DNA of 64,000 nucleotides from Chrysomallon squamiferum (lineage: Eukaryota > Animalia > Mollusca). The stretch lies in contig CM022672.1 in the NCBI GenBank assembly GCA_012295275.1, positions 17,236,001 to 17,300,000 of the forward strand, read 5' to 3'. The position numbers were made by a program, and so were the translations under genes. The stretch's first letter is position 1. Each line of letters starts with the position of its first letter. A model generated the notes under the pieces. That model was given only the letters and a program-made list of their open reading frames with translations, had not been told where the DNA came from and searched no databases. Of the stretch, positions 23,752 through 35,105 are shown piece after piece.

Positions 23752-26700
23752 GTATGTGTATGTATAAACATTTGTAAATGTTTGTAGCTGGATGTTTTTG
23801 TATCTGGTTAGGGAGTGGTATATTTTTATGTTGAACTGTATTCACTATTCAGCCTGTGTAGGCTTAATAATTTTACACATTTGAATTCTAGTTGATCTGC
23901 TTGGACTGTTAAAATGGAGAGAAATTCTAGATGACATAGAGTCACTGAAAATTCATCTACAGCATCTGATGAAAACAGAAGGTGAAGAAATTGTGAAGGT
24001 AAGGAAGTTTTCATTGATTATATTCAAAATGGACTTTAAATTACCAAAACTGCATTTAATATCTGAATTTAAAAACTGTTTTGGATATTTGAAACTGATG
24101 TAATAATTGTAAAAAAAACTGCCTAAATATCACTATTTTTCATAGTGTAAAAATATTTAAAAAAATAACTGAATTGATTTGAAAAAATTTGAATCTTTAG
24201 TCTTGTTTCTTGTAAATTATTAGAAAACAGTCATTAATGACTGTAGTGAATGTGTTGAGTTGTTAAGTTAATAATGATTCCTCTGAATGTAATCATCATT
24301 TGTTAGAAGTCAGTGAATCAGAAATTTTATAAAATATTTTTATTTTTTTATTTCCAGTTTCTTCAGGACTTGTTAGATTCTTTGTTCAACATTCTGATGC
24401 AGAACACAAATTCAGAACTGTGTGACGACCTTGTTTTTGATGCTCTGGTATGTATTTATTTTTATTTTTAAACACTTTATGTTAAGTTAACTGTAAGACC
24501 AATAACAAGAAATGTGCTGAAATGACCTGTGACATTCATTAATTCTTTCGACATACATCTAAATGAATATGCGAACCACATGTAACTGTTACATATTTCA
24601 AAACATGATATTCTAGAAACTCATATTTATTTTTTTCAACAGGTTTACATCATTGCATTAATCTCAGATCGCAAATACAACCAGTTCCGACCAGTGCTGG
24701 ATGCATACATAGAAAGTTTTGGCTTTACAATGGCATACAAGTATGTTGCATGTTAAACTGTAGTTTTAGAAATTCACCATTTTGAAAACCTGTAAGTGAC
24801 TAACATAGAAGTGTTCTTTTTGTCTTTCCATTTTCCTACAAAGCTTTGAGTTATAAAAAATATATCTTGTTTATCATATCATGTTTTCACTGGTTTCATA
24901 TCTGCCATAATTAAACTTTAGATGTTACGTTTCAGCATCCATCTTGGCAGTGAATTCTATTTAGTGGCAACATTACAAAAACCATTAATATTAAATATCT
25001 AGTGGTCATTTTTTCATTTATTTATTTATTTCTGTCATTAAAATATTTCATTAACATTTTATATGAAGTAATTTTTGGACTGTAGCAAATTTGTATTCAG
25101 TATAGTTTTGAACTTTAAATAATAACAGCTATTTTTCTGTAGCAAACTGATGTTTATCCTGAAGGATTACGTGGACAAAGCAAATGAAAAGAATCCAAAA
25201 CTGGAGGAGCAGTCTGATCAACCTTTGTTGAGAGCAATGAAGTCTTTGGAGTACATTTTAAGATCATCATTCGCTCAAGACGTTCATTTGCAATGTAAGT
25301 CTTAAATCATAGTCAGTTCTTGGGGGAAAGTGAATATAAAAGAATTCTTAATACTCATCATGTCATCCATGGAATACGAGTAACAAGTTTACTCTCTTAT
25401 AATCTAAACAATTCTTATTGAAACAAAATTGATATTAATATCAAAATGTTTTGCCATTAAATGCTTTCTTTTTTCTTTTTTATGTATTCTAAAAACAAAA
25501 TCTTGTTAGTTAAACCTAATTACTTTCGCTTCTTTTTTTCATTCTTTTTTTTTTTTTTTTTTGGTATATGCTGTTCATATAGAGGTCTTTGACAAATTAG
25601 CATTTTCCACTGCTTCTAAAATGATTAAATCTTATATTTAAGGATTAATGAAGGCCGTGGCAGTGAACATTTTTCCAACACGCTGAAACAACTGATTCAG
25701 TCTATCAGTAACATGATGTTGTACACTACTGACCATACCCTGCTGGTTCAGGTATATCTTACCTGTGTTATCTTTCAAGTGTCAGTCATTACTGCATAAA
25801 TATCTGTTTTGTAAAACTTTTTTTGAAAGAGCAGTAAAAAGTTGGTCATTAATCTGTATACACATTTTTTACAAATCATAATAAAATCTTGGACTATAAA
25901 ATTCTACAGTATAGTAGTAGTGAATAATTTACTTGCATTATTTTAATTGCTTGTCATATTTGTATTTTTAACTGTAACTGAAAAGTTACAGATTTTACTA
26001 TAATTTTTGGAATTAATATTTGAATGTATAGAATCAAGAATACATATATATTTTCATTGTATATTTTTTTTACTTTAATTAATTTTAATTTTATTTTCAG
26101 GGTGCTGCTCTGAAGTACATCAATTCCATCATTTCGGATGTTATGACAGTCTTTGATCATCTGGAATTAAGGTACAGTGTTTTAATTTTTATAATACATA
26201 GAGTATATTTTATATTTACAAATTTTAAACTAAAGAATTTTATATTTTAAATTTATATATGAAATCTTGTATTTTAATTAACTTAGGATTATTAACTTTA
26301 AGAAATTTTAAAATATATTCATAATAAATATTACATTTTGTAAATAAGTGTAAAAAAGTGATTCATGTCAAGAAATTTAAATTTATATATTTTTTTTATT
26401 TTTTTTTTTATATATATTGAGTAATTTAACATTTATTTCACTATATAAAAAAATGATTTCTTTTAATTTTGTTTCTTGTTTCTAAATATAGGTATGAAAC
26501 CATTTAACTATAGATTAAAAATGCCAAACCTGTCACAAAATAAAACAGTAGTCATATTATTTTATTATTTTATTTATTTTTCTAGCCGCCTGATAGTGAA
26601 TTTCATCAACAGTGTTCCAAAGGATCGACTGACACGTCAGAAAATGAAATGCATTGATGATCTGGTGCACACAGATTTGTTTAAAAAGCAAGGTGGGTTT

Positions 26701-29700
26701 ATACCGATCATATTTAACTATATTATACAGGACTGGATAGGCAAAAGAACACAGATTTTGTTTCATTGGAATAATAAGATGTTAATATTGTTGTTATATT
26801 TTATAAAATGAAATAGTAATTTTTTGTTTCTTCTTTCGAATAAATGACAAAGGAATGTTAGATATAGGTGCATTACATTATTAATGTAAATAATACTAAC
26901 TCACTTTTATTACAGTAATTTTATTGTGTAAATTTCTGAGTGAGTCAAAAGATGCTTAATTTTTTTCATGACATTCGACATTTTTTTTTTAAATATCAGG
27001 TTTGCATCCATCAATCTCTGTGTGTGTGTGTTTGAATCTGTCTAACTGCTCATCAGTTAAAGAACAAATATTTTTATTTCTTAAATGTTTGATGTTCAGT
27101 GACACAAATGTTCAGTGTTAATAGCACCATTCTGAATCTGTTCAAAATAATTTTTAAAAACTTTTAATGGACAAAGATTTTTGCTGATGTGGTAGTTGTA
27201 TTTCAGACTGTCGAATGGTGTTGCTGGGTCCCATACTGCAGCACACAATGGTGTTGATGGAGAACAACGAAGAAATGGAAGACTGCATCAATGTCATGAG
27301 TGACATCATGACAACTCTGTGGGCACCAGAAAATGTAAGTTTTTAAGACATTTGGTTTAAATTTTAATTTTTGACATTAAATTTACTTAGATGAAAGATT
27401 GCATCAGTGTCATGAGTGAAGTCATGAGAACTTTGTGGGCACCAGAAAAATCTAAGTTTTAAGAGTGTTAGTTTTAAATATTAATTTTTGACATAAAATT
27501 TACTTAGATTATAATGGTAACACACATACACCTACATATAAAAAGAAGGAATATTTTTTTTTTAATAATTAAAAAAAGAATAATAACAATAATAATTGAA
27601 GCTTTTCCATGCCTTTAGAAAACAATGATTTAAAAAAAAAAATATTGGTCCCCTTAATAATGCTGTAAATCTGATATTTTTCACTGAGTTAAGTAAATGG
27701 AGGGAAAAGAAGAAATTTGAGTCACATTACAATAATTATTACATTCAGATTTACTTTACTGAAAGAAATGTTTTATGTTTGTTATTTCAGAGTTGATTTT
27801 TTCAAATTCTTCTTTTTTTTAATTGATAAATGTTCATCATTTGCAGTTTTCAGTGCTTTAATGCCATTTTCATCTGGAAAAATGTAAATAAAATATCAGA
27901 ATGTTGTTTTGTTTTTAAATATTTTTATGTTTGTGTGCATGTTTGTGTTTTGTTTATATCATGTGCATTGCTAGGTCCTGCATATGTTATTCATGTTCTG
28001 CATTTTATAAAGACATCCAACGCCTGTTATATCTCAGTTTTTTCAAGTGGATGTGTGTTGTATTTCAGGGTCCCATTGAGAGAGATTTACATGTGATCAT
28101 GCAGACTATTCTGAGAACTGTGATACAGTCAGTTATTGGCATGGATCGTAATTCCAAGATTGTGGTATGTAAAACTGACTTCTGTTTAATTGTTTTAACT
28201 CAAAATTGTGTTAATTGATGTTTTAACTCTCACACATGTTGCTCACTATGTATTAATTAATACTATTTTAATTAAACTATGTATTAATTGATATGCTACA
28301 TTTTTGTATACAATAATTTGTGATAATTAAGCAATTATGTTGCATTCTATGCTTATAATAATCTGCTCCATTTAAACTGTTTGTATTAATTTTTCATATT
28401 TTACACAAAACACATATGTTAACTAATTAGCAATATTTAAACAGAGAAACTGATAACATTAATGCAATGCACATTTTAACCCTTTTTTTTCACTATGTTA
28501 TGAAACTGGCCAGAATCCTAAATCATATTTGTTTGCAACAGGATGCTGACCTTAAAATTTTTGCTAGTTAATGTATTGTAGCATAAAGAAAAATTCGGAT
28601 TATAAAATTGGTTTGTTGTACTTTATTTTATTTTGATCCATTAATTTTAAATCTTATTTATTTATATATTTAATCTTATTAATTTTATTACTTTATTTTT
28701 TATAGTATGTTTCTTATTAATACCAGAAATTCAGATTTTATAAAACAATGTATATTAAATAAAAATTTAAAAACTACAAGCAAAAACAAACCAAAATGAA
28801 AATAATTATAAATGTTTTTTCCTGGTTTTTTTTTTTTCTGTCTTTTAAGTGACTTAACTGTAAAAAATAAATAAAATAAAAAAAAGTAAAGTAAAGTAAA
28901 AAAAAATAAAATATAAAAAGTAAAAAAAAATTAAAAAAATAAGAAAAAGATAAAAATAGAATAAAGTTAAATAAAATAAAATAAATATTAATAACTGTTT
29001 TAACCATAAAAAGAAACCATTAATGTTTTGAACTTTTAAGAACTGAAGGAATTATATTTTTTGGTTACACATGTTCCAGTCAATCACAAAACCAGAAAGC
29101 TGTTCCAAGATTGCGGTATGGTATTAAGGGCCAAACAACTTTTAAAAACTAATATAAATATTATACTTATTTAACCTGTAATTAGATACGTATATAAGTG
29201 GTGAAATGGCTTCAGGTCAGTGTATAATACAATAAGGATATAATCAAAATAATGTTGGTGAAAGCACACCTTGGTTATATACAATATAGTTAGATGTATA
29301 TTGAAATAATAACATATAATGTTGGAGGGTTTTTGCATTATAACATATAGTCAAATATTAAACTCTTAGAAAGAGAGTTAAAATGGAGTGTATTTGGATA
29401 TGTATACATATATATATGTATTATTAAAAGGTAACATTTTATAGGGTATGATTTTGTTTGAACAATATATTTATTTTATTTTAATTTATTTTGTTTTGTT
29501 TCTCAAAATATTTTATCATAACAGATTACTTTTTTTTTTATTATTTCCATTTATTTGTTTTATTTTTAACAGGGTGGAAATAAAATGTTATGAAAATGAT
29601 GTAACAGTTTCTTTTTCATGTACATAAATGCATTTATAATTCTTTTTTTCCTTTTTCTTTTTTCTTTTAAACCTACATTTTGGTTATTGGCCCATATATA

Positions 29701-32700
29701 CTATTGTTAATTACTGTAAAATTCAAATCTTTTTTTTTAAAAATGCAGATATTTTCTACATTTTTAAAAGATTCACACAAAACAAAGAAAACAAGAACAA
29801 AAAATAAAAATAGAAAAATCAACAAACCAACAAACAAAACAAAACCCCCCCAACAACCAGCTCATGTTATAGATAGTGACAACTCATTTTTATTAGTTCT
29901 CTAGAATTGTCTAGTTCGCTGAGGTTTGGACATTGGTCTAACATACTAACTACTATTTTTTCTTTTTTCATTTCTTTTTTTTTTTTTTTTTGGTATTACT
30001 AGAATCGGAGATTGGAGGTATTTCTAATAATTAATAGAGAGTGCAAAACATTTTGCAAATGCCTGTGCATTCAGTTTTGTATTGTCATTACCTTAGTTAT
30101 TTCATATGGAATGTTGTACTTTTCCAAGCACATATTTTCTGTCTAGCCCTTGGTGTTCAGTGTTAAAAAAATAAATGTTAAGAATAATTTTTTTTGAAAT
30201 CTGAGGAAAAAATGTATAGTTTCATAATTTTTTTTAAAATATTTGAAATTAATTTCAATTATACAAAATTTATTTTAGAAAATACATTTTATCTATGTAA
30301 TTGTTTGAAACCTTTTTATTTACAGAAATGTTTTATTTTTATAATTACTAATTAATTGAATTATGTATTTTTAAGAATTTTTTTTTCAGCTGTTAATTTT
30401 GTTTTATTTTTTATATTCTTTAATTTTCTTTGTTGCATTTTTAATTTTAATTTTATTTTTAAATAAATACATTAATTATTTTTAATTGTTATGCTGTTTT
30501 GAAGACATAATTTTATTTATTTATTTACTTGCTTACTTCTCAAAGTAATTTTTGCATAAAAATGTTAAAAGAAAATTTTTATTAAATTAATTTAAAATGA
30601 AATATGTAGAAAAACTAGTAAGACCTGCATGTTATACCTACATAATATCTTTCATTACCCCATCATTAAATTAACTAACAAAATCACCTTTTTCTTCTTG
30701 TTTGCAGTTCACTTAAAATTATAAAATGATTTCTTGAATGAAGATGATTTTTTTGTTTTTTTCTGAATTATTTTTCTTATTCTTATTATTGTTTTTAATA
30801 TACTTACTAACATATCACATTCATAATTCAAACAAAATAAACTAGTAATTAATATATCAAACAAATTATGTTTTAAAAACTAATTAAAGTTGCATATTAA
30901 GCTAAATTACTGTTTTGCGGAAACATTCTCAAATTCTGAAATCACAATGAATAAATAAATAAAACAAATACTTACATAATTTATAAATAAATATATAATA
31001 TACAAATTAATCAACTGATTAATAATGATAACACTTATACAAGTATAATGTAAAGAGAAAGAGATAGTGATCAGGAAAATTAATACTAAACACACAGTAA
31101 TAATTCACAACATAAATAAGTAAATAAAAAAAGTTGTTTTAGAATTGCATCCTTTGAAATTTTGAACTTAGCTGAATATTTTATGATTATTAAAATATTA
31201 CAAAATAAAAATAAAAAGCACAGTTTTGTCAAATATTAGTGAATAAAACAGGTGGGAGGACAAATTAATTCAGTATGAATAACTTAATATTAAATAAGTC
31301 CCACTGAATAATTAGAATAATCCTTAGGAAAATTATTTTTGAAAAACACACAGTATCGTTTACATTTCTGTTTATTTACCTTAGTGGTCATTTAAACACC
31401 CATTAATTCTGTGTTGAGTGTTACAAATGTTTTAGTTAATCCTGTTTTTGTGACAGAGAGTGTGAATGTTTAACCTGTTGACATAATAATAGACTTAACT
31501 AATAATAATGTTTGCAAAATGTTTTGTTGTAGAAACTTTAATGCAGCTTTACATACCCACAAAAACCTACATCTACAAACAATAATATTCACAGAAAGAA
31601 ACAAATAAACAAACTAAACAATCGTAAAAAAAACAAAAAAGAAACAAACATGCAGTCATAAACAAACAAATAAATAATGACTGGTAAAAACACATACACA
31701 CATTCAGAAGCAAAGAGCGAAATTCACAGCATGTTCATAACAGACACTTACTAAATATTGAAAAATTGATATATTGTGTATCTAGCTGGGTTCACTCACT
31801 GCCAGGTATTGTTTCAGCTCAGTGACATTGACAGTGAAGGATTCCCACTGCATGTAAGAGAACAGCATGTTGCTCTGCTTGTTCATGCTCATCTCTTTCC
31901 ATATCAGAAACATTGCATCATGATCTGAATCATCCAGCTGTTAGTCAGCCTGTATATACTAACTGTAACCTTTTTCTGGCTTTCCTCAACAATTACTGTT
32001 TCAACAAGTACTGCAGTTTAAGTTGCTCTCCAATTGTAAGGCTTGTTGTTTATATTTATTTAGTGTAACTACGATGTAGGCATTTTTCATTATTATTATT
32101 TTTTTTTTCAATCATTATTGTTAAAGTGTTTATTATTATTTGATTAAAAAATTAAAAAAAATAAAAATAAAATATATTTATATAGTTAACACTAAAGAAT
32201 AACCATTTTCCTTTTTTCTTTTTTAAAAATAATATTTTGGTTTTAATCTTTTTAAATCAAGTTTTTGTTAATTTTATAATATTTTTTTAACAGAATAATT
32301 GCACAGTTTAAATATTGAATTTTTACAATAAAATAAATTATAGTTTTCTTCATTTTATTATTTTTGGTTAAATGTTGACATATTTAAATATATATTAACA
32401 TTTTCTCAGGGATTAAATTGGCATTATAAACTGCAGTATTTGGAAACAACTGTAAACATCTGTTGTCATGAGACCAATATACACTTTCGTCTGAGCACTC
32501 CAGTACTTTGGAATGATCCTTCACATAGAAGTACACACTGTGTTAGAAAAAGTGTTAAAATAACACTTTAATTATTCAAAGTAATTAAAAAGAATTGGGG
32601 GGTAAAAATATTTTTATCATTACTTATACATAACTAAAATATAATATTGGGTGATTTGGAATACTAAAACTGTTTGGAAGGTTGTTTTTTTTTTCTCTAA

Positions 32701-35074
32701 TAAATAATATCATTTTTATAATTTAAAAATTAAAAAAAAAGTCTGATGACTTAAAAATAAAGATTTATAGTAAAATATTTAATGGTTCGCTATCATTTGG
32801 TTTATTCGTTAAATTTTAATATTTAAAATAAAATATTTTTTGTTAATTTCCTTATTTATTTATTTATTTATGTATTTATTTATTTATTTATTTATTTATT
32901 TTAAACTACTCATTTTGAATATATCTGATTGAAAAAATAATTATTTAAAAGTTAAATAAATCAATTTTTAAATATAAAATTGGGTTGTATGTAATAATAT
33001 ATTCCTGTCAACAGCAATTCTTTGGACACCAGCCCCCTCAGGACATTTCTTATAATTGGTTAAATGTAAGTATTTAGACATTGTAATAATTCAAAACTAC
33101 TGTTAAACATTTCAGTAGTAGAGAGTACTCATAAATTGTCATATACTGTAATTAAAAATGACTGTTAAATGTTGAATATTGTGATAGTTGAAAATATTCT
33201 TTAATGACTTGTAGTTCAACATTATCATATTTGAACCAATGCTGTTTAATGATTTCATCGTTGAATTGTCTAATTGTATATGCCTTATTGTCAAAGATAA
33301 ACTGCTGGTAATTGTTGAATGTACGATAGCTAAGCAAATGCTGTTTGATCGTTTACATCACAGCATTTACAACAGGTGTAAATGAATGTTGCAGTTGTTG
33401 AAAAACTGGTGTTGGATGTTGTAAAAGTTGAAATAAGAATTACATTTTTAAATAGTTGTTTGTTACTGAATATTGTAATAACTGAATAGCCACAGATAAT
33501 GGAATTAACTGCCATTGTTAACTGCTTAATGTTAAATGTTGTAAAAGTTGAAAAATAATTTTAATTAAATGCCAAGCTTTGTAATATGTGGTTGAATTGT
33601 TAAATGTTGTATGGACAAATATGTTTTGCTAAATGTTAATTGTTGAACATTTTTCACAGTTGAAAGTATAATTATTAATTATTGATTGGTAACTATCTGT
33701 TGCAAATTTTCAAACATTCTGATAGTTGGACAATATTGTTAATTGTTGAATGTCCTGATAGCTGAAAGTATGTTGTTCATTGTTGAATATCTTCAGTTAA
33801 TTTGTGTTAATATCCAGATTGTCAGACCACTGTTAATTATTTAACCGCTTTACAGTTAACTGTTGAATATCCTGATAGTTGAATGACTGCAGTTAATTGT
33901 TGAAAATCTTCATAGTTGAATGTGTACAGTTGTTAAACATCCTGATAGTTGAATAGAAATTGTTAATTGTTGAACATCGTGATAGCTGAACATATGTTGT
34001 TAATTGTTGAACATGTTATCTACTGTTAATTGTTGAACATGTTGATAGTTTAATATCTGTTGTTAATTGTTGAATATCCTTGTAGTTGAATATCCTAGTA
34101 GTTGAATATCCTGGTTGTTGAATATCCTAGTGGTTGAATATCTATATTTAATTGTTGAACATTAAATTTTAAAATCTTCAAGTGTCAAATACCATGGTGG
34201 TTTCACTACTGATTTAATGCAAAAGTTTTTGGGTGAAAGTATTTAAGGTTTCTGCTGGAAACTTTACTTAAGAATTTAATTAGTCTTGGTTAGTATGATT
34301 ATATTATGTTAATTATATTCATATTTGTCTAATTATTGTACAGTAATTTAAATTACAGGCAATGTTACTTGAGTGTGTAATCAGTTAAAAAAAAATTCAG
34401 AAATTTTAGTAATGTTGCAATAATAATAGAAAAAAATAATAGAAAAAAGAAAAGTAAAAATGTAAATATAAACCAAAAAGTAAAAGCAAAATAAAATCCA
34501 CTGTAATAACAGAAATGTTTTACAGATGTTTCTTAATTATTCTTAAAGAAAATGAATGATCAGATGTAGACCTCTCTCTCTCTCTTCATTATTTCTGGTT
34601 ATATAAGATGAAAAGTAGTCATTTTTCAAAGCTGTATACACCTCTTTTCAATTTCTGCTGTTCTTATATTCAATATATTGTTTTACTTTTATTTGAATTT
34701 AATAAATTATTCAGCTAAAATAAAATGAAAGAAAGAACTTCAGTGGAAATCCAAAATATCTTGTTATTTTCAAAACAGGTATTTTATGTTTTGTTAAGTA
34801 GTTTCATTGTTCATTTAGGTCAAACTGAATCACTATCAAATAAATATAAAGAAGTAAATAATTGTCAAGAAAAAACAAAGATAAATCAAAATATGTATGT
34901 ATAAAATGTTCGAGATTACAAAATTTACAATTTTCTTTTATTTCTATTATTTATTTTCTGATAGAGAAATGATCTTGGTTCAGATTTATTTTCCTTTTCT
35001 GTCAACAGAATCCAGAACACAAATGAATATACAGTTTACTTAGTAAAAAAAAAAAAAAAAAAAAAAAAAAATAT

Positions 35075-35105
<31 letters not shown>

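Noticed and set aside
25255-25263. Programmed -1 ribosomal frameshift as the explanation for the exon 24 shift
   Set aside because: T TTA AGA is not a canonical X XXY YYZ slippery heptamer and no stimulatory structure is evident; a sequence error is simpler.
29573-29600. AG-flanked 28-nt segment in intron 29
   Set aside because: Not 3n and has TGA in the DOCK frame; it would need an unidentified partner exon.
33152-33515. Two minus-strand ORFs as a possible nested antisense gene
   Set aside because: They lie in the degenerate minisatellite, with no splice structure or recognisable homology.
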